From contig OZ024744.1 in assembly GCA_964016885.1 (NCBI GenBank), positions 61,504,001-61,568,000 on the forward strand: DNA of 64,000 nt, read 5' to 3'. Below are positions 25,004 to 39,339 of the stretch, piece after piece. This stretch comes from Eledone cirrhosa. Lineage: Eukaryota. The first letter of the stretch is position 1. Each line of letters begins with the position of its first letter. Position numbers and translations under genes: made by a program. Below the pieces are notes generated by a model. It was not told the DNA's origin, did no database searches, and was given only the letters and a program-made list of their open reading frames with translations.

Positions 25004-25817
25004 TTCTCGTTTAACCGCGCGAAGATCGTTGCGGGATGAACATCGAAGGATTTGTGTCATATTTAGCTTTCAATAGTTGTATATACACTTGCGGTCGCTA
25101 CTCCATACAAGTGAAAGCAGTACTCTGTATTAGAGCGGTTGTGCCTCACCGAAACATCCAACAATAGTTGATATGATCGCCTTGCCACTAGTAGTATGAA
25201 CCAAATTCACAGTTACTCGATCATTGCCTTATCTACTGATTCGACATCCTGCTTGCCAATGTCGTCGTTTAACCCAGTCAGGATTGGTTTGACGGATTGC
25301 TTATCAAGGCCAAAGAGCTCTGTCTTGAAATCAGAGTGGTCCCTCTCCTAGACAGATTGCCGACCAAGGCTACCAAATATACACTACATACACTATATAC
25401 ATATTTACACAATTTTTGGATGGTCGTTGACTCTTATGAGTTCTTCCACCCTTTGTCAGGTTTTGTTTTTGTCCTGCAGGATGTCCAAAATCACCCTCCT
25501 CACTAAGTAAACTTGATGGCGTTGCCGGTTTAGTCGCCGACGACCCGACCATGCGACAGGTTGTACTGGGTTACATATTACCAGTAGCACTCAAGGGTGG
25601 CCTAACAGATTATATAAAATAACAGAATATAATATGTATAATTGGTATTATTAGTTGACTTTGCCTTACATTATTTGGTCATCAATTTAGGAATAAAGTA
25701 ATTAAATGAAACATGCTGAAATATCTCACAGGAGTGTCTATAATTGTCTCATCTTTATTGTTATGAGTTCGTGTTACAACTTGGAAATAAGACATACCTT
25801 TTTAAACAATATAATAT

Positions 25818-27860
25818 TCATCATCATCATCAGGTCGAGCTTGCTAGGCCTTCAACGACACGTTTCCTCCATCCATCTCTGTCTCTCATAGCGTTTGCCA
25901 GTTCTTCCGCAGTACATCCAGTATCGTCCTCAAGTTGCTTGACGTATGTCTTCTTGGGACGATCAGCGTTTCTTGCTCCATGAGATGGACTCCAAAACAA
26001 TACATCGCCTGCTATTTCTTCCTTGCTGCGCCAACAGTGGCCAGCAAATGTGAGTCTCTCTTTATGTATTGACCTGCTGATAGGTGGTATATTGCCATAG
26101 AGATCCTTATTTGTTGGGTGTTCCCTCCAAGATACGTTTAAAGCAGCACGGAGCATACGTGTGTATGCCCCGTCTAGCTTTTTCTCCAGTTTTGACGTTA
26201 GCATCCAAATGATAGAGCCATAAACAAGCACAGATTCCACAGCAGCTCTGAAGAAATTCCTTTTCAGTTTGGCCGGCAGGTTTGATTTCCATATTTTTTC
26301 CATTGCATTCAATGCTTACCAGGCTTTTCCCAGTCTGATGTTAACATCATGTTCTGTGGAGGCGATATAGCTACCCAAGTATTTGAAGTCGTCAACTTGC
26401 TTGATTATATCGCCGTTTAGACTTCGCATACCAACTGAGGAGTCTTGGTTCAGGCAAATATATTTGTTTTGCCTGCGTTGACATAGAGTCCGATTTCCTT
26501 TGCAACTGATTCGATGCTGTGAAGGAGTGATGTTGCATCCTTAAGGTACTCGGCGAGGACCGCTAAATCATCCGCATAGTCAGCATCGGTGATTTTCTGA
26601 GCTGCATGGCGTCTACACTTTCGCTTTGTGAGAGTGAAACCAAGCTCTAAGTTTTCGTCAATACATAATCGAGGCAGATGATAAAAATATATGGTGCAAG
26701 AGTATCCCCTTGGAGTACTCCTGCAATGATGTCAAAGAAGTTGGTATCACCATCAGGTGAGCGCACCATTGCGCGGGTGTTTTTATATAACATCATGAGG
26801 GCATTTACTGTTTCCTTTGGCAAGCCGTAGGCTAGAAGTAGCTCTCTCATCCTCCCACGATGGAAGGAATCGAATGCTTTTGAAAAGTCAATAAACAGGA
26901 GAGTTGCTGGGAGGATTTGGGCTTTTACGCCGAATAGTAAGTATTTGCCCTGATGTTGATCTGTTGGTGCGGAAGCCATTTTGTTTTTTTCTCAGCAAGG
27001 GGTCATTGACAGGTCTTATTCTGTCAAGCAACATGAGATTGTATATCTTTGCGGCAATTGCCATTAGTGTTACGCCACGGTAGTTTTTAGCCATTCCAAG
27101 ATCGCCCTTTTTGGGAAAAGGGAGTATACATTCCTCAGTCCATTTGTCTATGGGGTCTTGATTATAGACACCATTACACAATTCTAGTAGGATTGGGTGA
27201 GATTCAGGTACCTTCCACACTTCATCTGGGATCTCGTCAAGTCCGCACGCTTTTCCGTTACCAATACTTTTCACTGCTTTCTATAGTTCCTCCATAGTGA
27301 AAGGATCTTTCTGTATTTGGTGTTCCTCTGTAAAAACGGGTATTATTTCTTCTTCGATGATCTGTGGTGCTTTGCCAAGTAGGTTCTGAAAATGTTGTTG
27401 CCACAGTTTTAAATGTTCGTCTTGGCTGGAGGCTTTCAGTTTGGCTCTGTCACTACTTTTTCTGCCACTAATTTCATTGACAGTTTTCCAGGCTTCAGCA
27501 GACCTCTTATTGCTGACAGTACTTGAGATATGATTGATCTTTTTCTGCATGTATTCGGCTTGCTCAATTTCATACTCACTTTTCAGTGCTGTACAAGCAG
27601 CATTGAAGTTACTAATGTTTTCTGAAGATCGTTGAGTGTCTTTCAATTCTGCAGCCTTTCGCAACTCTTTGCGCTTTTGGCGTTTCCTCTCTGTTTCCCA
27701 GGGTTTTCGTTTTTTTACCTTGGGTTTTAAAGGGATGGTGTCAGCCGCTGCCTCTTTGAATGCCATTTGAAAGTGGTTAAATGTAGAATTTGACGATTTT
27801 GTTGGCGCAGAGTCTTGTAGGGCATCAAATTGGTTGCTATGTTTTACACGGTCCATTTAC
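25818..27860 (-). mobile_element. RTE-clade LINE, distinct family C, 5'-truncated
   Basis: GKACGLDEIP, NYRGVTL, QNGFR, FIDFSKAFDS, GVLQGDTLAP, ITDADYADD, FKYLGS, LVYGS, AGHCWR; (TGA)n tail; several frameshifts. Confidence 0.9.
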
Positions 27861-27999
27861 TTAGAATCCAAGCTTTCAATTTTATTCGTTAATTCTGTCA
27901 GACCCTCAAAAACAATCTTCTTGTATTTAAACTCTGATTACTGTTATACGTTCGTTTATAGGTTTAGATTAAAAAAATAACCTTCTAGTTAACTTCCCC

Positions 28000-30900
28000 A
28001 AACCTATGCCCCGCCCCCGGCCCCACTCGCCACCTTTATCCACCTTTATTAGATGGTCCAATCATAATTTAGCGGCTTATTACCAATCTCAAAACCACCG
28101 CATCGGCTATTCCCTCCTTAAGTTTAAACCTGGTTGCCTTTGATATGCTAGATGGACTGTGGGATTCTGGAGAGTAAGAAGAATCTGGACACTCAAATGA
28201 CAATGTCAAAGATAAAGATAAATTCACCTCTTGTGGCCGGACGAAAATGCAAGGATTCCTCCTTATTTCAGACGCGTATGGCAAACATAACCCATCTCCC
28301 TCACCCCTCCCTACACCTCCAACCCACCCCTTCCACCCATCAAGCGAAATCCAAAACTTCAGAGTTAGTACCATGAATGTAGGCACTTTAAAAGGTCGCT
28401 CTAACGAGGTTGTAGAGATGCTTGAACGTAAGGAAGTTGATGCTTGTTGTGTCCAAGAGACTAGGTGGAGGGGTGGGTCTGCTAGATTCATTGTGGGTAA
28501 AAAACGATGCCATAAACTTTTCTGGGTGGGAAATGACAATGGGCTGGGTGGGGTAGGAATCATGTTAGTAGAAAAATGGGTAGATAAGATAATAGACGTA
28601 AATAGAGTGAACGACAGAATAATTAAAATAAGACTAGTCCTAAACAGAACTACTGTGACAGTAATATCTGCGTACGCACCCCAATCCGGACTGCCTGGCA
28701 CTATAAAAGACAGATTCTATGAGTCGTTAATGCTCACTACCTCCCAAATAACTGACAGTGACTACATAATTATTGCCGGCGACCTAAATGGTCATGTTGG
28801 ACAACATTGTGACGGCTATGACGGAATCCATGGAGGCTACGGGTTTGGTACCAGAAATGAGGAAGGCTTCAGAATTCTGGAATTCTGTGACGCAAATAAC
28901 CTAACTATCTGTAACACAAACTTCAAAAAACGAGACAATCACTTGATCACCTATAGATCAGGGGAACATACCAGCCAGATAGATCATATCCTTACCAGAA
29001 GACGTGACAGTGTCTGTTGTAAACACTAAATCCCTCCCCCGCGAAGAATGCACCTCCCAATATAGCCTCATAGTTAGTGACCTCATAGTCAGGACGAGAC
29101 GTACTCGACAACAGAGGAGGACCACCCTGAGAAGAAGAATATGGAAGTTAAAGGATCCCACAGCCAGTAACAAATTTAAAAGGATACTACTTGATGCTTT
29201 TGACAGTAAGGAAGAGCAATTAAAGACATACAGTATAGAGGAACAATGGGAATTCCTGAAAGTTAACCTGCTGAAGGCGACAGATGAAATCTGTGGCTGG
29301 AGCAGACCTATAGGCAGGTGGAGAGTAACATGGTGGTGGAACAGTAAGGTGGAGGAGTCAATCAAGGCCAAAAAGCAAGCTTGGAAAGTATGGGGGAAGT
29401 AAAGAACACTATTAAGTGGCCAGGAGGGAAGCTAGGAGACAAGTGTACTTTGCAAGAAGGGAAGCAGAGGAAAGAAAGTTCAAGCATGTTCTACAACGCG
29501 AGGACTAAAAACGTGAGGTGTTCAGGATTGCTAGGCAATGTGTCAAGGAGAACCGTGATATTGTCGGGGAGAAGTGTGTCCGTAATGATGATGGTATACT
29601 TGCCATCACTGATACTGATAAGAAGGTAGCTTGGAAGTGTCACTACGAGAGGCTACTAAATGAGGAGAATAAGTGGGAAAAAGATAGTCTGCCCCAAATC
29701 GATCCAATAGAGGGACCAGTAGTGCTAGTTGAAGGTAGTATAATAAGTAAGGCAATCAAAGATATGAAGACAGGCAAAACAGCTGGGCCTTCGTAGGTAG
29801 TTGCTGAAATGCTGAAAGCATCTGGAAGAGTGGGACACACTATGGTCTCCCGGATAGTAAACCAAGTCATACAGAATGGGGTCTTACCAAATGACTGGCG
29901 TAGCAGCAGCATCATTAACTGCTACAAGGGTAAAGGAGATGCCCTAGATAGGGGAAACTATAGAGGAATTAAATTAATTGACCAGGTCATGAAGGTCACA
30001 GAAAAAGTTATAGCACAACTAATCAGAGAGCGAATTGATCTAGATGAAATGCAGTTTGGGTTTGTGTCAGGTAAAAGTACCACAGACGCTTGTTTCCTTG
30101 TACAACTAAAGGAGAAGTGCCTAGTTAAAAGTAAACCCCTCTACTTAACTTTTGTTGACTTGGAGAAAGCCTTTGACAGAGTCCCCCGCCCCATTATCTG
30201 GTGGGCTCTTAGAAAACTAGGTGTTGATGAATGGCTCGTGAGAGCTATACACGCCTTGTATAAAGAAACAGTCAGCAAGGTTAGAATTAACAATGAATAT
30301 AGTGAAGAATTTAGCGTAAAAGTCAGTGTTCATCAGGGCTCTGTCCTTAGCCCCCCTCCTATTTATTATTGCCCTTCAGGCTATAACAGAGGAGTTCAAG
30401 ACCGGCTGCCCATGGGAACTTCTATACGCAGATAATCTAACGCTCATAGCTGAATCAATGGCTGAACTAGAGAAGAAATTCCAAACTTGGAACAATGGCC
30501 TAGAATCAAGAGGCCTTAAAATTAACTTGTCTAAGACTAAAGTTCTAGTATGTAGGAAGGAAAATAGGGCACTGGTCCCCTCTGGGAAATGGCCATGCTC
30601 AGTGTGTAGGAAAGGAGTAAGCAGAAACTCCATTTTATGTCCCAAATGCAAGAGGATCTGCGCAGACTGGAGAGGAACGAAGCTTGCATGATCCGTTGGA
30701 TGTGTAATAGTAATATACGTGAACGGCAAAGCATAAATGAACTAAGTGAGAAATTAGGAATAAGAGGGATCAGATGCTGTTTACTCAAGAGAAGACTACG
30801 TTGGTACGGTCACGTGATGCGCAGGAAAGACGACAGCTGTATCACAAAGTGCAGGGCGATCAAAATAGACGGAAGCTATAGAGTAGGTAGACCCAGAAAA

Positions 30901-31407
30901 ACCTGGGACGATTTGATAAATTCCGACCTTACACACTTACACCTCTCCAAGACAATGTCACTGGACCGAGATCTTTGGCGCTACGCAGTAATACAGAAGA
31001 CCCGCCTTGCCTAAGTACAAAACGAAACCTACAGTCAGTAGGCACCTCTTAACCAAAAATACACCCCCATACCACTACCCCCACCCCACCCCCATTAACA
31101 CCACCCCTTTCTCTGTAAAGTAATGTTAGTGCCACAACATCTAGTCCTAAATAAATGAGGTCGTGTAGGTGTCACGACAAAAAAACACACAGTCCACGCT
31201 GTAATGTGGCCGTGTAGGTAACACGGTAAAAACCTCCCAGTCCACACTGTAAACGTGGTTGGTGTTAGGAAGGGCATCCAGCCGTAGAAAACCCGCCAGA
31301 CAGTCCTATACGAGCGAGACAACCAATCTTCCCTCGCGTGGGACAATTCCCGTTTAAACCCATGCTAGCGTGGAAGATAGACGTTAAACGATGATGATGA
31401 TGATGAT
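28000..31407 (+). mobile_element. Near-full-length RTE LINE family A (APE + RT), pseudogenised
   Basis: APE motifs TMNVGTL, VQETRW, SAYAPQ, AGDLNGH, QIDHIL; RT motifs NYRGIKL, FVDLEKAFD, HQGS, YADN; stops, frameshifts and a deletion at ~30650; (GAT)n tail. Confidence 0.92.
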
Positions 31408-34400
31408 ATTGGTGTTAGGAAGGGCATCCAACCAGTATATCAATGCCAAAACAATTATAAGCACAGCAACAAATATATACCATGTTAGGCTGCACACGGT
31501 AGTTGGGTGGCTGGTGCGGCCAGGTGCGAGAACCTCCCGACCGTCTTCAAGCAATCGCACTACAGGAAAAGCAACAACAAAAATATGAAGACGTCGCATC
31601 TCAGAGTTGCAACACTTAAGGTTGGCACTAACAGGTAGATCTGGTGAAATAGCGGAGATGCTGGAGAGAAGGCATGTTGATGGAGAGGTGCCTCTGCGAG
31701 ACTAATCGCAGGCAAACATCTTAGTTATAAGCTTTTCTGGGTAGGTAATGATGATGGGTTAGGTGGGATGGGCATATTACTGGCTGAGAGATGGATCGAT
31801 AAGACCATAGAGGTAGTTCAAGTTAGTAATCGAATAATTAAGCTTAGATTAGTTGTAGGCAGGAGACTACTGACAATCATCTCTGCCTATGCTCCCCAAG
31901 CAGGCCTAGGTAAAGAAGAGAAATACTGCTTTTATGAGCAACTTTTACAAACAGCCGCAATGACAGAGGACAGAGACATCGTTATGCTAGCAGGAGACTT
32001 CAATGGTCATGTTGGACAGCTCCAGGATGGTTACACTGGGGTACATGGTGGGCACGGTTACCACTCAAGAAATGAGGAAGGAGTGAGACTTCTTGAATTT
32101 TGTGATGCAAATACACTGACTATTTGCAACACAAACTTCCAGACACCTGCCAACCACCTAATAACCTACAAATCTGGTGAGCACATAAGCCAGGTTGACT
32201 TCTTACTAGTTAGGCAGCGGGATAGGCAAATGGTGTCAAATACCAAGGTATTCCCTGGGGAAGAATGTACCCCACACCATAGGTTAGTCATTGGTGATAT
32301 CTTAGTAAGCAAGAGATGGAATGAGACATATAGGAAGGTGTGGAGAAGAAAGGTCTGGAAGCTAAAAGACCTTTCACTAAAATACAAATTTAGGAAAGCC
32401 CTTCAAGATGTGTATGACGAAAAAGAAGACGATTTAGAGATGTATGACATAGATAATAACTGGAATTTCTTACATGACAACATACTGCAGGCTATTGATG
32501 AAACTTGTGGCTGGAGCAGAGCTCCAACCAGAGAGAGAGTGACCTGGTGGTGGAACAGCACAATAGAGAGGGCCATTAGAGACAGAAGACTGGCATGGAA
32601 GGCTTGGGAAAATGGTGGGAGTAGAGAAGGATATATAGCCACTAAGAGAGAAGCTAGACGTCAGGTGTACTTAGCACGCAGGGAGGCTGAGAGTAGGAGG
32701 TTTGCCAATGTTCTGCGACGAGCAGATCAGGAGCGTGCGGTGTTCCACATTGCAAGGCAGTGTGTCAACGCAAATCAGGATGTTGTTGGAGATAAATGTG
32801 TCCGGAATGATGCCGGTGTACTTAGTGTCACGAATGATCAGAAAAAGGAGGCCTGGAAATGTCATTATGAGAGACTGATGAATGTGGAGAACGAATGGGA
32901 GAGAGAGAAATTACCATCAGTAGATCCGACAGAGGGACCAGCTGTTGAGATTGACGAATATAGGGTCCAAGAGGCGATTATGGAAATGAAAAATGGTAAG
33001 GCCGCTGGACCGTCGGGGATAGTTGCTGAGATGCTGAAGGAATCGGGGGACGTAGGCACTAAACTGGTTGCACGCATCATCAATCAGGTTATATATGGCG
33101 GTGTCATACCCAAAGACTGGTGCAGCAGTATTCTCATAAATTTGCTACAAAGGTAAAGGGGATGCTCTGGAGAGGAGCAATTATAGGGGTATAAAACTGA
33201 TGGATCAGGTTATGAAAGTGACAGAAAGCATATTAGCACAACTAATTAGAGAAAGGGTCAAACTAGATGAGATGCAGTTTGGTTTTGTGCCGTGGAAAAG
33301 TACAACAGATGCCCTCTTCTTGGTGAGACAATTACAAGAGAGATTCTTAGAGAAGAATAAGCCACTATACTTAGCCTTTGTTGTCCTAGAAATAGGGTAC
33401 CCTGATCTGTCATCTGGTGGTCCCTAAGGAAACTAGGTGTTGAGGAATGGCTTGTGAGGACAATGCAAACTTTGTACAGAGGTGCTGTCAGTAAAGTCAG
33501 GGTAGGAATGGAGTTTAGTGGGGAATTCCAGATACAAGTAGGAGTACATCAAGGTTCGGTCCTCAACCCGCTCTTGTTCGTTATAGTCCTCCAAACCATA
33601 ACAGATGTGTTTAAGACTGGCTGTCCATGGGAACTTCTCTATGCTGACGATCTGGTTCTTATAGCAGAATCAGTAGAGGAGCTAGAGATTAAAACAGCAG
33701 TTGGAAGCAAGAGGACTGAGAGTGAACCTAGTTAAGACAAAAGTGTTGATGAGTAGAAAAGAGGACAAAACTCTGATTCCGTCAGGGAAATGGCCATGTT
33801 CGATATGCAGAAAAGGAACTGACATAAATTCTATAAAATGCACACAATGCAGATCCTGGGTACACAAGAGATGTAGTGGGATAGCAGGCAAACTAACAGG
33901 TAGGGAGAAATACGTATGCAGTAGATGTACAGGGAAATTAGACAGTAGAAGTCGCATTGATAGACACATTTTTCAAATGCAGGCGGGTGCTATAGAAGTG
34001 GTGGATAGCTTCCGATACCTAGGAGATCAGATTAGGATGGGAGGAGGGTGTTCCGAGGCCATAGTATCTAGAATAAGGATGTGTTGGAAGAAGGTTAGGG
34101 AGCTGCTTCCTCTGCTGACGAAGAAGGGTTTCTCGCTGCGTACGAAAGGCCGGTTATATGATGCCTGTGTGAGGAGTGCGATGCTGCATGGCAGTGAGAC
34201 TTGGGCAGCAACTGCAGAGGATATGCGACGGCTGGAGAGAAATGAGGCAAGTATGCTCCGTTGGATGTGCAATGTCAATGTGCGTGAACGACCCAGCATG
34301 GATGTGTCTGAGAGGGATAGAATGTAGTGTGCGAGAGAGGAAACTCGGTGTTATGGACATGTGATGCGCATAGAGGATGACCGATGGGTGAAGAAGTGCC

Positions 34401-34601
34401 AGTTGAAAGAAGACGTAGTAGAGGTAGACCACGAAAAACATGGACGGAGGTGGTGAGAACAGACCTCAGATCGCTGAAGCTCACGGTGGAGATGACGAAG
34501 GACCGTGACAAGTGGGGAGATGCTGTGCTGAATAAGACCCGTCCCATCCTTGCAAGCAGGGAAAAGCGGACGTAAAATGATGATGATGATGATGATGATG
34601 A
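31408..34601 (+). mobile_element. Near-full-length RTE LINE family B (APE + RT), pseudogenised
   Basis: 462-aa ORF 31768-33156 (SAYAPQ, AGDFNGH, QVDFLL); downstream HQGS, LLYADDL, Cys-rich insert, LHGSETW; (GAT)n tail. Confidence 0.92.
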
Positions 34602-34614
34602 TATATATATATAT

Positions 34615-34705
<91 letters not shown>

Positions 34706-35316
34706 AACACACACACATATGAGGTGGCATATGAGTTTGTTTGCATGTGTTGTGCATATTTCTTCCGTGGGACAAATGCATGGGATGCCAAATTCAGTGG
34801 AGTCTTTGGCGTAAAAATAAAGGTAAGGTGACTGTTGGATATGTGAAGGAGGAGATGATGGTGATGGTGGTGGTGATGGTGACGGTGATGATGATGCTGG
34901 TGGTGATCAGGATGAGGAGGGGGAAAAGACTGATAGGAAAGATGAAATAAGAGACAAACATGTGGAAAGTATGAATTAGAGAAGCAGGAAAATATTTTTA
35001 ATTCCATATTTCATAGATTACTGACTAAATGGTATAATTATCCAAATGGAATTTATTGAGATTAATAACATCTTTGGAATGTAGTCCTAAATTTTTTTTT
35101 TATATTTATCCTCATTATCATCGGGGTCGATAAAATAAAGTACCAGTAATACACTGAGTAATTGCTGGCCTTGTGCCTAACGTAGAAACAATTATCATCA
35201 TGTTGTGTCCGCTTTCTTTGCTAGTATGGGTTATACGGGCTGCCACTGTCTCAGATTGAGTTAGAGAAACTTCATTTTGCTCACATCTTACATATTTGGT
35301 TAAATTTTATATTATA

Positions 35317-36442
35317 CTAGCAGAATGGCCCGGCGTTACTCGGGATTTGCTCTAGAGTTCTTATATATTTGATATATATTTATCCTTATTGAGCCTCGTG
35401 AAATAAATACGTTTATTTACATTTTGTTATTGTGTATGCAAAAATATCTGTACACGAATATATAATTATATATATATATCTATATATCTAAAACAGAGAA
35501 TGTATGTCTGTCTGTCAGCTCACTAAAACTTGAGAACCACCCAACCGATTGTTTTCAAAATTTACACATGTAATACTTATGGTCCTGTGAGTGTTTTGAG
35601 CAAAAGAAATTCTAAATTTTCTATGCCCCAGGGACCACATTAGGCGATTTAGCGATCTCGCTCTATAATTCTTAGTCTTTCTCTTCTTAGATAGATACAT
35701 ACTTATAACGTTGCGCCCTTATAATATCTGTCTGTATGTCTGACTGTCTGCATTACGTCATTATGACGCGATCAGTGTGTGTGTATGTATATATGTATCG
35801 TAATGCAGACAGCAAGACATATAGCTTTCCTTCCCCTCTTCCAGCGTCTCTCTCTCTCTCTCCCGCTATCTCCCTCTTTTAGTCTGTCTGTTTCTTTCAC
35901 TTTCACTCTTTCTCTTTATAACTCACTCACTCACATTAATACTAAAGGGTTAATGTATTGTACTCAAAATAAATAATATTAAATCTATGAGATTTTTATA
36001 TTATGTGAGATAAAGCTTTTACCATGAAAATAATATAGTATATATAGAGTAATTGTTTCTACTTTTGGCACCAGGCCAGCAATTATCCCAGTGCATTACT
36101 GGTACTTTATTTTATCGACCCCGTAAGGATGAAAGGCAAAGTTAACCTCGGCGGGATTTGAACTCAGATCATAAAGAGAGGTAACTCTATGCTTCAAAGC
36201 ATTGCGCCCAACCCTCTACCAATACTGCCAATCCACCGCCCTTATAGTATATATAGAGTAATGTAAATGCTAAAGGGTTAATTCCATCAGACCATGTGAG
36301 AGAGTTTATAATCACTCACTCACACATACACACTCACGCATGCAAACGCACACAAACTCACACACACACGCGTGCACGTACACACACACACGTTATTCCA
36401 CTGTCATGTATCTTTCACGCATACAACTCTCAAAAGACGGCG

Positions 36443-36501
<59 letters not shown>

Positions 36502-36873
36502 ATCCCCCTCTTTTAGTCTGTCTGTTTCTTTCACTCTCACTCTTTCTCTCTGTAACTCGTTCACATTTCTCCCCTCTATCGAAAAACGCTGTGACGAATG
36601 GGGAGAAGGAGGAGGAAGAGTAGAGAGCCACTTCTTCATTTCGCCTCTCCGTTTCTTTCTCTCCCCTCTCACTCCCTCATAATGTACAGACATTGGCCAC
36701 TTCACTAATTCGATCCCTAGGTCAGAATAATTTGAATTTTTTTTTTTTTGCTCAAAACACTTCCGGGGCCATACGGGTTACATGTGTAAAGTTTGAAAAA
36801 AAACGGTTGGGTTCTTCTCGAGTTTTAGGGAAACAGACACACAGACGGACATCCTCTGTTTTATATATATAGA
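35317..36873 (-). mobile_element. Composite non-autonomous Helitron-like element with an oppositely oriented nested 5' fragment (35479-35770) and a SINE insertion
   Basis: 3' end CTAG + hairpin (ctagcagaatggcccggcgttactcggg) at 35317; 5' TCTATATATATAAAACAGAG at 36873 on the minus strand. Confidence 0.6.
36050..36243 (-). mobile_element. tRNA-derived SINE
   Basis: Reverse complement of the 38489/61167 family (B-box gagttcaaatccc; core gcctttcatccttacggggtcgataaaataaagtaccag). Confidence 0.85.
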
Positions 36874-36959
36874 TTTGCCATCATCATCATCATCATCATT
36901 GTCATTCTACGTCTGCTTTCCATGCTGATAGAAATGTTTTAATTTTAAGTGAGAATTCA

Positions 36960-37190
36960 TAAAAGGATCATATTAAACGACACAGGGAGAGACAGAAAAA
37001 CTGCTGAGAAAAAATAAAAGTTTGCGACATCCTATAAATCATTAGCAAAGCAAAATGAAAGTGGGTGGGACACATTGTCAGAATGACTGGCAACAGATGG
37101 ACCACTTGCATGACCATCTAAACCCCCACAAGGTCACACAAGAAGCTGGGGATGCCAGGAGACAATGTGGTAAGATGACCTCTCCTACCA
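36960..37190 (+). mobile_element. Old RTE LINE C-terminal remnant
   Basis: KWVGHIVRMTGNRWT..W*DDL. Confidence 0.5.
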
Positions 37191-37330
37191 TCAGGGAAAT
37201 GGTTGTGCTCCTAATACCAAAAAAAAAAAAGAATTGTAGTAACCAAAAGAATACGATCGCAAATAGAAGCAGCCAAAATTGGATTCCTCTGAATGGTCTA
37301 TGGAGTAACATTATTCGATAAAGTGCATAA

Positions 37331-37570
37331 CTCAGAGATCAGATAGTCACTCCAGGTAGAGCTGCTACTTCTGCGAATTGAGGGATCACAGCTCCGATAC
37401 TATGGCAAAACCAACTGGCAAGAGGCCCAGAGCAAGATGATTGGATAACATCCATGAGCTTGGTTGGTCTTGCTTGAGGATCCAGCTAGATCAGTTAGAG
37501 ACAGTTGTTTCTGACAGGACCCACTGGAAGAAGTCTATGAGGACTCTGCCTCCACCACTCTCTCAGGAAT
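37331..37570 (+). mobile_element. Old LINE 3' remnant (same family as 3174)
   Basis: Homologous to 3174-3431. Confidence 0.55.
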
Positions 37571-37799
37571 AATTGGGCAAAGAAGAAAAAGAGAAAAAGA
37601 AGGTAGGGCCTCTGTATGGTGTATCCAGTGTATACTGTAGATACACAAGTGGTGTAGTGAGATCATGGATAGGTAGACAGAGAATGTAGACTTTGTATGT
37701 GATTGGTGAGTAGTTAACAGTGATGTTACTCATGAAATAAACTCTCCCTAGACAGCTTTTGTTATCTATATGACTTCATTTGCAGTGGTGGTGGATGTA

Positions 37800-38225
37800 C
37801 TGAAACTGTTGTATGATAACTAAAGTAGGAATTGGATAGAAAGGTTCAGAACTATTACTTCTACTGACAACGAAAGGTTTCTGTCTTAGGGTAGAGGACA
37901 GATTGTATGATGCTTGTGTTTGAAATACTATCCTGCGTTGTAGTAATTTATGTGTCTTGGATACCGACTATTTGTGCCAACTGGAAAGAAATGAAGCATG
38001 TATTTTCTACTGAATGCATAATGTTGATATAATGTATATGAACATCTAAGCATAAAGAAGTACTGATTGCTTAAAGTGGATGGAACATGTAGAAGTGGTA
38101 GACCTAAGAAAACATGGGATGAAGTCATAAAGAATAACCTCAAGAAACTGAACCTCATGAAGGAGATACACAGAACCATGTTGACTGTAACATTTGCTGC
38201 ACTGGAGAAACTTGGCTACCAGTAC
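37800..38225 (+). mobile_element. Highly decayed RTE LINE 3' fragment
   Basis: FKELL.LLTTKGF..RGQIV/LYDACV..VDGTCRSGRPKKTWDEVIK. Confidence 0.7.
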
Positions 38226-38486
38226 AAGTATTGCATTGCTAAAAGTAAATGTAGTGGTGATAACGATGAAGGTTTAGGACTTAATCACAACTTTTTCTTC
38301 TATAACCTTGCTATGATACCCCTACACCATACTGAGTTATGATCACTGACCCTTCCTATATTTTATCCCTTCTACCATCATCCACAACTCAAATAGCCTT
38401 ATAATTATCATCACATTATAGTATCGATGGGATTGGATGGGGTGGGATCATATTACATCTATTATCATTATTATTATGTGGATTGA

Positions 38487-38705
38487 GGGTGGTGGATTGG
38501 CAGTATCAGTAGAGGGTCGGACGCCTTGCTTTGCAGCATAGAGTTATGGCCCTTTGTGATCTGAGTTCAAATCCCGCTGAGGTTAACTTTGCCTTTCATC
38601 CTTACGGGGTCAATAAAATAAAGTACCAGTCACTCACTGGGTCGATTTAATCGACTTCCCCTCTCCCAAAATTGCTGGACTCGTGCCTATATAAGAAACC
38701 ATTAT
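38487..38705 (+). mobile_element. tRNA-derived SINE
   Basis: A-box-like tggcagtatcagtagag; B-box gagttcaaatccc; conserved central domain; AT-rich tail. Confidence 0.85.
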
Positions 38706-38719
38706 ATAGGCACGAGTTC

Positions 38720-38912
38720 AGGACGATGGATTGGCAGTATCAGTAGAGGGTCGGACGCTATGCTTTGGCGCATAGAGTTACGGCCCTTGCCATTCTGAGT
38801 TCAAATCCCGCCGAGGTTAACTTTGCCTTTCATCCTTACGGGGTCGATAGAATAAAGTACCAGTAATGTACTGAGTAATTGCTGGCATTGTGCCTAAAGT
38901 AGAAACAATTAT
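38720..38912 (+). mobile_element. tRNA-derived SINE (tandem second copy)
   Basis: Same family as 38487. Confidence 0.85.
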
Positions 38913-39339
38913 CACTGTTACCCATTGTCTGATGATATCCATCACTTGTGTCTATATTCAATACCATCACTCACTCCCACCGTTACATCTACATAAAACT
39001 CCTGGCTGACATCTAACATTCTCTCTTCTCTGTTGCATCCATCACTCACCCTCTCCTACCAAAACACATCTCTATTGGTATCTCATCACATTGTTCATGT
39101 TGTTTTCCTACTCAACTTTCCTGCTGCCATTATCTCCATCTCTCTGTCCTAACAACTGATCATTCTGCCCACCCTCATACTCAAATCATACTCTCTCTTC
39201 TTTGAACTTTTTGTCAGCACTCCACTTCAAATGACCCTCCCAGTTATGTTGCCTTTGAAAGAACCAATTCCAAGAAGTGGAAAGGTATTTTAGTTTTGTA
39301 GAGGACAGAACAACCTCCCTAGTATTAGTGCCACAATAA

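Noticed and set aside
31768-33156. Domesticated or host gene from the 462-aa ORF
   Set aside because: It is part of a frameshifted RTE LINE with multiple paralogous decayed copies
38487-38600. tRNA genes at SINE heads
   Set aside because: A/B boxes are present, but they are followed by SINE body in multiple diverged copies with no clean cloverleaf
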